Assembly: GCA_964016885.1 (NCBI GenBank) | Contig: OZ024740.1 | Span: forward strand, 318,184,001-318,248,000 | Direction: 5' to 3' | Source: Eledone cirrhosa | Lineage: Eukaryota | Length of the DNA: 64,000 bases | Part shown: positions 29,830 to 44,589 of the stretch, piece by piece | Numbering within the stretch: the stretch's first letter is position 1 | Layout: each line of letters starts with the position of its first letter | Translations under genes and position numbers: made by a program | The notes under the pieces: model-generated | Seen by the model: the letters and a program-made list of their open reading frames with translations, nothing else | The model's database searches: none | What the model was told of the DNA's origin: nothing

Positions 29830-32800
29830 GACATTCTAACGACTCTACCAATTCGCTGTCTTTCTACTACAATACTCAACAAATAATCCAGGATTGTCTC
29901 GTCTATTTCCACAACTTACGTTCTATCTGACATTCTAAAGACTCTAACAATTCGAAGTCTTTCTACTACAATACTCAGAACAAATAATCCAGGTTTGTCT
30001 CGTCTATTTCCACAACTTACATTCTATCTAACATTCTAACGACTCTACCAATTCGAAGCCTTTTTACTACATTACTCACAACAAATAATTCAGGATTGTC
30101 TCGTCTATTTCCACAAATTACGTTCTATCTGACATTCTAACGACTCTACCAATTCGCTGTCTTTCTACTACAATACTCACAACAAATAATCCAGGATTGT
30201 CTCGTCTATTTCCACAACTTACATTCTATCTGATATTCTAACGACTCTACCAATTCGAAGTCTTTCTACTACAATACTCACAACAAATAATCCAGGATTG
30301 TCTCGTCTATTTCCACAACTTACATTCTATCTGATATTCTAACGACTCTACCAATTCGAAGTCTTTCTACTACAATACTAACAACAAATAATCCAGGATT
30401 GTCTCTTCTATTTCCACAACTTACATTCTATCTGACATTCTAACAACTCTACCAATTAGAAATCTTTCTACTACAATACTCACAACAAATAATCCAGGAT
30501 CGTCTCGTCTATTTCCACAACTTACATTCTATCTGATATTCTAACGACTCTACCAATTCGAAGTCTTTCTACTACAATACTAACAACAAATAATCCAGGA
30601 TTGTCTCGTCTATTTCCACAACTTACGTTCTATCTGACATTCTAACAACTCTACCAATTCGAAGTCTTTCTACTACAATACTCACAACAAATAATACAGG
30701 ATTGGCTCGTCTATTTCCACAACTTACATTCTATCTGACATTCTAACGACTCTACCAATTCGCTGTATTCCTACTACAATACTCACATCAAATAATCCAG
30801 GATTGTCTCGTTTATTTCCACAACATACATTCTATCTGACATTCTAACGACTCTACCAATTCGCTGTCTTTCTACTACAATACTCAACAAATAATCCAGG
30901 ACTGTCTCGTGTATTTCCACAACTTACGTTCTATCTGACATTCTAAAGACTCTAACAATTCGAAGTCTTTCTACTACAATACTCAGAAGAAATAATCCAG
31001 GATTGCCCCGTCTATTTCCACAACTTACGTTCTACCTGACATTCTAACGACTCTACCAATTCGCTGTCTTTCTACTACAATACTCACAACAAATAATCCA
31101 GGATTGTCTCGTCTATTTCCACAACTTACATTCTATCTGATATTCTAACGACTCTACCAATTCGAAGTCTTTCTACTACAATACTAACAACAAATAATCC
31201 AGGATTGTCTCTTCTATTTCCACAACTTACATTCTATCTGACATTCTAACGACTCTACCAATTCGAAGTCTTTCTAGTACAATACTAATAAAAATAATCT
31301 AGGATTGTCTCGTCTATTTCCACAACTTACATTCTATCTGCCATTCTAACGACTCTACCAATTCGCTGTCTTTCTACTACAATACTCAACAAATAATCCA
31401 GGACTGTCTCGTCTATTTCCACAACTTACGTTCTATCTGACATTCTAAAGACTCTAACAATTCGAAGTCTTTCTACTACAATACTCAGAACAAATAATCC
31501 AGGTTTGTCTCGTCTATTTCCACAACTTACATTCTATCTAACATTCTAACGACTCTACCAATTCGAAGCCTTTTTACTACATTACTCACAACAAATAATT
31601 CAGGATTGTCTCGTCTATTTCCACAAATTACGTTCTATCTGACATTCTAACGACTCTACCAATTCGCTGTCTTTCTACTACAATACTCACAACAAATAAT
31701 CCAGGATTGTCTCGTCTATTTCCACAACTTACATTCTATCTGATATTCTAACGACTCTACCAATTCGAAGTCTTTCTACTACAATACTCACAACAAATAA
31801 TCCAGGATTGTCTCGTCTATTTCCACAACTTACATTCTATCTGATATTCTAACGACTCTACCAATTCGAAGTCTTTCTACTACAATACTAACAACAAATA
31901 ATCCAGGATTGTCTCTTCTATTTCCACAACTTACATTCTATCTGACATTCTAACAACTCTACCAATTAGAAATCTTTCTACTACAATACTCACAACAAAT
32001 AATCCAGGATCGTCTCGTCTATTTCCACAACTTACATTCTATCTGATATTCTAACGACTCTACCAATTCGAAGTCTTTCTACTACAATACTAACAACAAA
32101 TAATCCAGGATTGTCTCGTCTATTTCCACAACTTACGTTCTATCTGACATTCTAACAACTCTACCAATTCGAAGTCTTTCTACTACAATACTCACAACAA
32201 ATAATACAGGATTGGCTCGTCTATTTCCACAACTTACATTCTATCTGACATTCTAACGACTCTACCAATTCGCTGTATTCCTACTACAATACTCACATCA
32301 AATAATCCAGGATTGTCTCGTTTATTTCCACAACATACATTCTATCTGACATTCTAACGACTCTACCAATTCGCTGTCTTTCTACTACAATACTCAACAA
32401 ATAATCCAGGACTGTCTCGTGTATTTCCACAACTTACGTTCTATCTGACATTCTAAAGACTCTAACAATTCGAAGTCTTTCTACTACAATACTCAGAAGA
32501 AATAATCCAGGATTGCCCCGTCTATTTCCACAACTTACGTTCTACCTGACATTCTAACGACTCTACCAATTCGCTGTCTTTCTACTACAATACTCACAAC
32601 AAATAATCCAGGATTGTCTCGTCTATTTCCACAACTTACATTCTATCTGATATTCTAACGACTCTACCAATTCGAAGTCTTTCTACTACAATACTAACAA
32701 CAAATAATCCAGGATTGTCTCTTCTATTTCCACAACTTACATTCTATCTAACATTCTAACAACTCCACCAATTCGAAATCTTTCTACTACAATACTCACA

Positions 32801-35800
32801 ACAAATCATCCAGGATTGTCTCGTCTATTTCCACAACTTACATTCTATCTGATATTCTAACGACTCTACCAATTCGAAGTCTTTCTACTACAATACTCAC
32901 AACAAATAATCCAGGATTGTCTCGTCTATTTCCACAACTTACATTCTATCTGATATTCTAACGACTCTACCAATTCGAAGTCTTTCTACTACAATACTCA
33001 CAACAAATAATCCAGGATTGTCTCGTCTATTTCCACAACTTGCATTCTATCTGACATTCTAACGACTCTACCAATTCGAAGTCTTTCTACTACAATACTC
33101 ACAACAAATAATCCAGGATTGTCTCGTCTATTTCCACAACTTACGTTCTATCTGACATTCTAACAACTCTACCAATTCGAAGTCTTTCTACTACAATACT
33201 CACAACAAATAATACAGGATTGGCTCGTCTATTTCCACAACTTACATTCTATCTGACATTCTAACGACTCTACCAATTCGCTGTATTCCTACTACAATAC
33301 TCACATCAAATAATCCAAGATTGTCTCGTTTATTTCCACAACATACATTCTATCTGACATTCTATCGACTCTACCAATTCGCTGTCTTTCTACTACAATA
33401 CTCAACAAATAATCCAGGACTGTCTCGTCTATTTCCACAACTTACGTTCTATCTGACATTCTAAAGACTCTAACAATTCGAAGTTTTTCTACTACAATAC
33501 TCAGAACAAATAATCCAGGTTTGTCTCGTCTATTTCCACAACTTACATTCTATCTAACATTCTAACGACTCTACCAATTCGAAGCCTTTTTACTACATTA
33601 CTCACAACAAATAATTCAGGATTGCCCCGTCTATTTCCACAACTTACATTCTACCTGACATTCTAACGACTCTACCAATTCGCTGTCTTTCTACTACAAT
33701 ACTCACAACAAATAATCCAGGATTGTTTCTTCTATTTCCACAACTTACATTCTATCTAACATTCTAACAACTCCACCAATTCGAAATCTTTCTACTACAA
33801 TACTCACAACAAATCATCCAGGATTGTCTCGTCTATTTCCACAACTTACATTCTATCTGATATTCTAACGACTCTACCAATTCGAAGTCTTTCTACTTCA
33901 ATACTAACAACAAGTAATCCAGGATTGTCTCTTCTATTTCCACAACTTACATTCTATCTGATATTCTAACGACTCTACCAATTCGAATCTTTCTACTACA
34001 ATACTCACAACAAATAATACAGGATTGGCTCGTCTATTTCCACAACTTACATTCTATCTGACGTTCTAACGACTCTACCAATTCGCTGTATTTCTACTAC
34101 AATACTCACAGCAAATAATCCAGCACTGTTTCGTCTATTTCCACAACTCACATTCTATCTGACATTCTAACGACTCTACCAATTCGAAGTCTTTCTACTA
34201 CAATACTCACAACAAATAATCCAGGAATATCTCGTCTATTTCCACAACTTACATTCTATCTGACATTGAAACGACTCTATCAATTCGAAGTCTTTCTACT
34301 ACAATACTAACTTCAAATAATCCAGGATTGTCTCCTCTATTTCCACAACTTACATTCTATCTGACATTCTAGCGACTCTACCAATTCGAAGTCTTTCTAC
34401 TACAATACTAATAAAAATAATCTAGGATTGTCTCGTCTATTTCCACAAATTACGTTCTATCTGACATTCTAAAGACTCTACCAATTCGCTGTCTTTCTAC
34501 TACAATACTCGCAACAAATAATCCAGGATTGTCTCGTCTATTTCCACAACTTACATTCTATCTGATATTCTAACGACTCTACCAATTCGAAGTCTTTCTA
34601 CTACAATACTCAGAACAAATAATCCAGGTTTGTCTCGTCTATTTCCACAACTTACATTCTATCTAACATTCTAACGACTCTACCAATTCGAAGCCTTTTT
34701 ACTACATTACTCACAACAAATAATTCAGGATTGTCTCGTCTATTTCCACAAATTACGTTCTATCTGACATTCTAACGTCTCTACCAATTCGCTGTCTTTC
34801 TACTACAATACTCACAACAAATAATCCAGGATTGTCTCGTCTATTTCCACAACTTACATTCTATCTGATATTCTAACGACTCTACCAATTCGAAGTCTTT
34901 CTACTACAATACTCACAACAAATAATCCAGGATTGTCTCGTCTATTTCCACAACTTACATTCTATCTGATATTCTAACGACTCTACCAATTCGAAGTCTT
35001 TCTACTACAATACTAACAACAAATAATCCAGGATTGTCTCTTCTATTTCCACAACTTACATTCTATCTGACATTCTAACAACTCTACCAATTCGAAATCT
35101 TTCTACTACAATACTCACAACAAATAATCCAGGATTGTCTCGTCTATTTCCACAACTTACATTCTATCTGATATTGTAACGACTCTACCAATTCGAAGTC
35201 TTTCTACTACAATACTAACAACAAATAATCCAGGATTGTCTCTTCTATTTCCACAACTTACATTCTATCTGACATTCTAACAACTGTACCAATTAGAAAT
35301 CTTTCTACTACAATACTCACAACAAATAATCCAGGATCGTCTCGTCTATTTCCACAACTTACATTCTATCTGATATTCTAACGACTCTACCAATTCGAAG
35401 TCTTTCTACTACAATACTAACAACAAATAATCCAGGATTGTCTCTTCTATTTCCACAACTTACATTCTATCTGATATTCTAACGACTCTACCAATTCGAA
35501 TCTTTCTACTACAATACTCACAACAAATAATACAGGATTGGCTCGTCTATTTCCACAACTTACATTCTATCTGACGTTCTAACGACTCTACCAATTCGCT
35601 TTATTTCTACTACAATACTCACAGCAAATAATCCAGCACTGTTTCGTCTATTTCCACAACTCACATTCTATCTGACATTCTAACGACTCTACCAATTCGA
35701 AGTCTTTCTACTACAATACTCACAACAAATAATCCAGGAATATCTCGTCTATTTCCACAACTTACATTCTATCTGACATTGAAACGACTCTATCAATTCG

Positions 35801-38800
35801 AAGTCTTTCTACTACAATACTAACTTCAAATAATCCAGGATTGTCTCGTCTATTTCCACAACTTACATTCTATCTGACATTCTAACGACTCTACCAATTC
35901 GAAGTCTTTCTAGTACAATACTAATAAAAATAATCTAGGATTGTCTCGTCTATTTCCACAACTTACATTCTATCTGCCATTCTAACGACTCTACCAATTC
36001 GCTGTCTTTCTACTACAATACTCAACAAATAATCCAGGATTGTCTCGTCTATTTCCACAACTTACGTTCTATCTGACATTCTAAAGACTCTAACAATTCG
36101 AAGTCTTTCTACTACAATACTCAGAACAAATAATCCAGGTTTGTCTCGTCTATTTCCACAACTTACATTCTATCTAACATTCTAACGACTCTACCAATTC
36201 GAAGCCTTTTTACTACATTACTCACAACAAATAATTCAGGATTGTCTCGTCTATTTCCACAAATTACGTTCTATCTGACATTCTAACGACTCTACCAATT
36301 CGCTGTCTTTCTACTACAATACTCACAACAAATAATCCAGGATTGTCTCGTCTATTTCCACAACTTACATTCTATCTGATATTCTAACGACTCTACCAAT
36401 TCGAAGTCTTTCTACTACAATACTCACAACAAATAATCCAGGATTGTCTCGTCTATTTCCACAACTTACATTCTATCTGATATTCTAACGACTCTACCAA
36501 TTCGAAGTCTTTCTACTACAATACTAACAACAAATAATCCAGGATTGTCTCTTCTATTTCCACAACTTACATTCTATCTGACATTCTAACAACTCTACCA
36601 ATTAGAAATCTTTCTACTACAATACTCACAACAAATAATCCAGGATCGTCTCGTCTATTTCCACAACTTACATTCTATCTGATATTCTAACGACTCTACC
36701 AATTCGAAGTCTTTCTACTACAATACTAACAACAAATAATCCAGGATTGTCTCGTCTATTTCCACAACTTACGTTCTATCTGACATTCTAACAACTCTAC
36801 CAATTCGAAGTCTTTCTACTACAATACTCACAACAAATAGTACAGGATTGGCTCGTCTATTTCCACAACTTACATTCTATCTGACATTCTAACGACTCTA
36901 CCAATTCGCTGTATTCCTACTACAATACTCACATCAAATAATCCAGGATTGTCTCGTTTATTTCCACAACATACATTCTATCTGACATTCTAACGACTCT
37001 ACCGATTCGCTGTCTTTCTACTACAATACTCAACAAATAATCCAGGACTGTCTCGTGTATTTCCACAACTTACGTTCTATCTGACATTCTAAAGACTCTA
37101 ACAATTCGAAGTCTTTCTACTACAATACTCAGAAGAAATAATCCAGGATTGCCCCGTCTATTTCCACAACTTACGTTCTACCTGACATTCTAACGACTCT
37201 ACCAATTCGCTGTCTTTCTACTACAATACTCACAACAAATAATCCAGGATTGTCTCGTCTATTTCCACAACTTACATTCTATCTGATATTCTAACGACTC
37301 TACCAATTCGAAGTCTTTCTACTACAATACTAACAACAAATAATCCAGGATTGTCTCTTCTATTTCCACAACTTACATTCTATCTGACATTCTAACGACT
37401 CTACCAATTCGAAGTCTTTCTAGTACAATACTAATAAAAATAATCTAGGATTGTCTCGTCTATTTCCACAACTTACATTCTATCTGCCATTCTAACGACT
37501 CTACCAATTCGCTGTCTTTCTACTACAATACTCAACAAATAATCCAGGACTGTCTCGTCTATTTCCACAACTTACGTTCTATCTGACATTCTAAAGACTC
37601 TAACAATTCGAAGTCTTTCTACTACAATACTCAGAACAAATAATCCAGGTTTGTCTCGTCTATTTCCACAACTTACATTCTATCTAACATTCTAACGACT
37701 CTACCAATTCGAAGCCTTTTTACTACATTACTCACAACAAATAATTCAGGATTGTCTCGTCTATTTCCACAAATTACGTTCTATCTGACATTCTAACGAC
37801 TCTACCAATTCGCTGTCTTTCTACTACAATACTCACAACAAATAATCCAGGATTGTCTCGTCTATTTCCACAACTTACATTCAATCTGATATTCTAACGA
37901 CTCTACCAATTCGAAGTCTTTCTACTACAATACTCACAACAAATAATCCAGGATTGTCTCGTCTATTTCCACAACTTACATTCTATCTGATATTCTAACG
38001 ACTCTACCAATTCGAAGTCTTTCTACTACAATACTAACAACAAATAATCCAGGATTGTCTCTTCTATTTCCACAACTTACATTCTATCTGACATTCTAAC
38101 AACTCTACCAATTAGAAATCTTTCTACTACAATACTCACAACAAATAATCCAGGATCGTCTCGTCTATTTCCACAACTTACATTCTATCTGATATTCTAA
38201 CGACTCTACCAATTCGAAGTCTTTCTACTACAATACTAACAACAAATAATCCAGGATTGTCTCGTCTATTTCCACAACTTACGTTCTATCTGACATTCTA
38301 ACAACTCTACCAATTCGAAGTCTTTCTACTACAATACTCACAACAAATAATACAGGATTGGCTCGTCTATTTCCACAACTTACATTCTATCTGACATTCT
38401 AACGACTCTACCAATTCGCTGTATTCCTACTACAATACTCACATCAAATAATCCAGGATTGTCTCGTTTATTTCCACAACATACATTCTATCTGACATTC
38501 TAACGACTCTACCAATTCGCTGTCTTTCTACTACAATACTCAACAAATAATCCAGGACTGTCTCGTGTATTTCCACAACTTACGTTCTATCTGACATTCT
38601 AAAGACTCTAACAATTCGAAGTCTTTCTACTACAATACTCAGAAGAAATAATCCAGGATTGCCCCGTCTATTTCCACAACTTACGTTCTACCTGACATTC
38701 TAACGACTCTACCAATTCGCTGTCTTTCTACTACAATACTCACAACAAATAATCCAGGATTGTCTCGTCTATTTCCACAACTTACATTCTATCTGATATT

Positions 38801-39270
38801 CTAACGACTCTACCAATTCGAAGTCTTTCTACTACAATACTAACAACAAATAATCCAGGATTGTCTCTTCTATTTCCACAACTTACATTCTATCTAACAT
38901 TCTAACAACTCCACCAATTCGAAATCTTTCTACTACAATACTCACAACAAATCATCCAGGATTGTCTCGTCTATTTCCACAACTTACATTCTATCTGATA
39001 TTCTAACGACTCTACCAATTCGAAGTCTTTCTACTACAATACTCACAACAAATAATCCAGGATTGTCTCGTCTATTTCCACAACTTACATTCTATCTGAT
39101 ATTCTAACGACTCTACCAATTCGAAGTCTTTCTACTACAATACTCACAACAAATAATCCAGGATTGTCTCGTCTATTTCCACAACTTGCATTCTATCTGA
39201 CATTCTAACGACTCTACCAATTCGAAGTCTTTCTACTACAATACTCACAACAAATAATCCAGGATTGTCT
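29830..39270. repeat. 15-monomer repeat (1510 bp) nested in a duplication with a 6146-bp offset (about 29.8-33.1 kb copied at about 36.0-39.3 kb)
   Basis: cgctgtattcc at 30761, 32271, 36907 and 38417 (1510 within pairs, 6146 between pairs). ctagtac at 31277/37423 (6146). Confidence 0.85.
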
Positions 39271-39297
39271 CGTCTATTTCCACAAATTACATTCTAT

Positions 39298-42200
39298 CTG
39301 ACATTCTAACGACTCTACCAATTCGCTGTCTTTCTACTACAATACTCAACAAATAATCCAGGACTGTCTCGTCTATTTCCACAACTTACGTTCTATCTGA
39401 CATTCTAAAGACTCTAACAATTCGAAGTTTTTCTACTACAATACTCAGAACAAATAATCCAGGTTTGTCTCGTCTATTTGCACAACTTACATTCTATCTA
39501 ACATTCTAACGACTCTACCAATTCGAAGCCTTTTTACTACATTACTCACAACAAATAATTCAGGATTGCCCCGTCTATTTCCACAACTTACATTCTACCT
39601 GACATTCTAACGACTCTACCAATTCGCTGTCTTTCTACTACAATACTCACAACAAATAATCCAGGATTGTCTCGTCTATTTCCACAACTTACATTCTATC
39701 TGATATTCTAACGACTGTACCAATTCGAAGTCTTTCTACTACAATACTAACAACAAATAATCCAGGATTGTCTCTTCTATTTCCACAACTTACATTCTAT
39801 CTAACATTCTAACAACTCCACCAATTCGAAATCTTTCTACTACAATACTCACAACAAATCATCCAGGATTGTCTCGTCTATTTCCACAACTTACATTCTA
39901 TCTGATATTCTAACGACTCTACCAATTCGAAGTCTTTCTACTACAATACTAACAACAAATAATCCAGGATTGTCTCTTCTATTTCCACAACTTACATTCT
40001 ATCTGATATTCTAACGACTCTACCAATTCGAATCTTTCTACTACAATACTCACAACAAATAATACAGGATTGGCTCGTCTATTTCCACAACTTACATTCT
40101 ATCTGACGTTCTAACGACTCTACCAATTCGCTGTATTTCTACTACAATACTCACAACAAATAATCCAGCACTGTTTCGTCTATTTCCACAACTCACATTC
40201 TATCTGACATTCTAACGACTCCACCAATTCGAAGTCTTTCTACTACAATACTCACAACAAATAATCCAGGAATATTTCGTCTATTTCCACAACTTACATT
40301 CTATCTGACTTTGAAACGACTCTATCAATTCGAAGTCTTTCTACTACAATACTAACTTCAAATAATCCAGGATTGTCTCGTCTATTTCCACAACTTACAT
40401 TCTATCTGACATTCTAACGACTCTACCAATTCGCTGTCTTTCTACTACAATACTCAACAAATAATCCAGGACTGTCTCGTCTATTTCCACAACTTACGTT
40501 CTATCTGACATTCTAAAGACTCTAACAATTCGAAGTCTTTCTTCTACAATACTCAGAACAAATAATCCAGGTTTGTCTCGTCTATTTCCACAACTTACAT
40601 TCTATCTAACATTCTAACGACTCTACCAATTCGAAGCCTTTTTACTACATTACTCACAACAAATAATTCAGGATTGCCCCGTCTATTTCCACAACTTACA
40701 TTCTACCTGACATACTAACGACTCTACCAATTCGCTGTCTTTCTACTACAATACTCACAACAAATAATCCAGGATTGTCTCGTCTATTTCCACAACTTAC
40801 ATTCTATCTGATATTCTAACGACTCTACCAATTCGAAGTCTTTCTACTACAATACCAACAACAAATAATCCAGGATTGTCTCTTCTGTTTCCACAACTTA
40901 CATTCTATCTAACATTCTAACAACTCCACCAATTCGAAATCTTTCTACTACAATACTCACAACAAATCATCCAGGATTGTCTCGTCTATTTCCACAACTT
41001 ACATTCTATCTGATATTCTAACGACTCTACCAATTCGAAGTCTTTCTACTACAATACTATCAACAAATAATCCAGGATTGTCTCTTCTATTTCCACAACT
41101 TACATTCTATCTGATATTCTAACGACTCTACCAATTCGAATCTTTCTACTACAATACTCACAACAAATAATACAGGATTGGCTCGTCTATTTCCATAACT
41201 TACATTCTATCTGACGTTCTAACGACTCTACCAATTCGATGTATTTCTACTACAATACTCACAACAAATAATCCAGCACTGTTTCGTCTATTTCCACAAC
41301 TCACATTCTATCTGACATTCTAACGACTCTACCAATTCGAAGTCTTTCTACTACAATACTCACAACAAATAATCCAGGAATATCTCGTCTATTTCCACAA
41401 CTTAAATTCTATCTGACTTTGAAACGACTCTATCAATTCGAAGTCTTTCTACTACAATACTAACTTCAAATAATCCAGGATTGTCTCGTCTATTTCCACA
41501 ACTTACATTCTATCTGACATTCTAACGACTCTACCAATTCGAAGTCTTTCTACTACAATACTAATAAAAATAATCTAGGATTGTCTCGTCTATTTCCACA
41601 ACTTACATTCTATCTGCCATTCTAACGACTCTACCAATTCGCTGTCTTTCTACTACAATACTCAACAAATAATCCAGGACTGTCTCGTCTATTTCCACAA
41701 CTTACGTTCTATCTGACATTCTAAAGACTCTAACAATTCGAAGTTTTTCTACTACAATACTCAGAACAAATAATCCAGGTTTGTCTCGTCTATTTGCACA
41801 ACTTACATTCTATCTAACATTCTAACGACTCTACCAATTCGAAGCCTTTTTACTACATTACTCACAACAAATAATTCAGGATTGCCCCGTCTATTTCCAC
41901 AACTTACATTCTACCTGACATTCTAACGACTCTACCAATTCGCTGTCTTTCTACTACAATACTCACAACAAATAATCCAGGATTGTCTCGTCTATTTCCA
42001 CAACTTACATTCTATCTGATATTCTAACGACTGTACCAATTCGAAGTCTTTCTACTACAATACTAACAACAAATAATCCAGGATTGTCTCTTCTATTTCC
42101 ACAACTTACATTCTATCTAACATTCTAACAACTCCACCAATTCGAAATCTTTCTACTACAATACTCACAACAAATCATCCAGGATTGTCTCGTCTATTTC

Positions 42201-43730
42201 CACAACTTAGATTCTATCTGATATTCTAACGACTCTACCAATTCGAAGTCTTTCTACTACAATACTAACAACAAATAATCCAGGATTGTCTCTTCTATTT
42301 CCACAACTTACATTCTATCTGATATTCTAACGACTCTACCAATTCGAATCTTTCTACTACAATACTCACAACAAATAATACAGGATTGGCTCGTCTATTT
42401 CCACAACTTACATTCTATCTGACGTTCTAACGACTCTACCAATTCGCTGTATTTCTACTACAATACTCACAACAAATAATCCAGCACTGTTTCGTCTATT
42501 TCCACAACTCACATTCTATCTGACATTCTAACGACTCCACCAATTCGAAGTCTTTCTACTACAATACTCACAACAAATAATCCAGGAATATTTCGTCTAT
42601 TTCCACAACTTACATTCTATCTGACTTTGAAACGACTCTATCAATTCGAAGTCTTTCTACTACAATACTAACTTCAAATAATCCAGGATTGTCTCGTCTA
42701 TTTCCACAACTTACATTCTATCTGACATTCTAACGACTCTACCAATTCGCTGTCTTTCTACTACAATACTCAACAAATAATCCAGGACTGTCTCGTCTAT
42801 TTCCACAACTTACGTTCTATCTGACATTCTAAAGACTCTAACAATTCGAAGTCTTTCTTCTACAATACTCAGAACAAATAATCCAGGTTTGTCTCGTCTA
42901 TTTCCACAACTTACATTCTATCTAACATTCTAACGACTCTACCAATTCGAAGCCTTTTTACTACATTACTCACAACAAATAATTCAGGATTGCCCCGTCT
43001 ATTTCCACAACTTACATTCTACCTGACATACTAACGACTCTACCAATTCGCTGTCTTTCTACTACAATACTCACAACAAATAATCCAGGATTGTCTCGTC
43101 TATTTCCACAACTTACATTCTATCTGATATTCTAACGACTCTACCAATTCGAAGTCTTTCTACTACAATACCAACAACAAATAATCCAGGATTGTCTCTT
43201 CTGTTTCCACAACTTACATTCTATCTAACATTCAAACAACTCCACCAATTCGAAATCTTTCTACTACAATACTCATAACAAATCATCCAGGATTGTCTCG
43301 TCTATTTCCACAACTTACATTCTATCTGATATTCTAACGACTCTACCAATTCGAAGTCTTTCTACTACAATACTATCAACAAATAATCCAGGATTGTCTC
43401 TTCTATTTCCACAACTTACATTCTATCTGATATTCTAACGACTCTACCAATTCGAATCTTTCTACTACAATACTCACAACAAATAATACAGGATTGGCTC
43501 GTCTATTTCCATAACTTACATTCTATCTGACGTTCTAACGACTCTACCAATTCGATGTATTTCTACTACAATACTCACAACAAATAATCCAGCACTGTTT
43601 CGTCTATTTCCACAACTCACATTCTATCTGACATTCTAACGACTCTACCAATTCGAAGTCTTTCTACTACAATACTCACAACAAATAATCCAGGAATATC
43701 TCGTCTATTTCCACAACTTACATTCTATCT
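39298..43730. repeat. 23-monomer repeat (2316 bp = 1108-bp 11-mer + 1208-bp 12-mer), about two tandem copies
   Basis: tatttgcaca at 39480/41796, gactgtacc at 39717/42033, aataccaac at 40851/43167 and ttcgatgtat at 41240/43556 are offset by 2316. ccagcactg at 40165, 41273, 42481 and 43589 (spacings 1108, 1208, 1108). Confidence 0.92.
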
Positions 43731-44589
43731 GACATTCTAACGACTCTACCAATTCGAAGTCTTTCTACTACAATACTAATAAAAATAATCTAGGATTGTC
43801 TCGTCTATTTCCACAACTTACATTCTATCTGCCATTCTAACGACTCTACCAATTCGCTGTCTTTCTACTACAATACTCAACAAATAATCCAGGACTGTCT
43901 CGTCTATTTCCACAACTTACGTTCTATCTGACATTCTAAAGACTCTAACAATTCGAAGTCTTTCTACTACAATACTCAGAACAAATAATCCAGGTTTGTC
44001 TCGTCTATTTCCACAACTTACATTCTATCTAACATTCTAACGACTCTACCAATTCGAAGCCTTTTTACTACATTACTCACAACAAATAATTCAGGATTGT
44101 CTCGTCTATTTCCACAAATTACGTTCTATCTGACATTCTAAAGACTCTACCAATTCGCTGTCTTTCTACTACAATACTCGCAACAAATAATCCAGGATTG
44201 TCTCGTCTATTTCCACAACTTACATTCTATCTGATATTCTAACGACTCTACCAATTCGAAGTCTTTCTACTACAATACTAACAACAAATAATCCAGGATT
44301 GTCTCTTCTATTTCCACAACTTACATTCTATCTGACATTCTAACGACTCTACCAATTCGCTGTATTTCTACTACAATACTCACATCAAATAATCCAGGAT
44401 TGTCTCGTCTATTTCCGCAACATACATTCTATCTGACATTCTAACGACTCTACCAATTCGCTGTCTTTCTACTACAATACTCAACAAATAATCCAGGACT
44501 GTCTCGTCTATTTCCACAACTTACGTTCTATCTGACATTCTAAAGACTCTAACAATTCGAAGTTTTTCTACTACAATACTCAGAACAAA

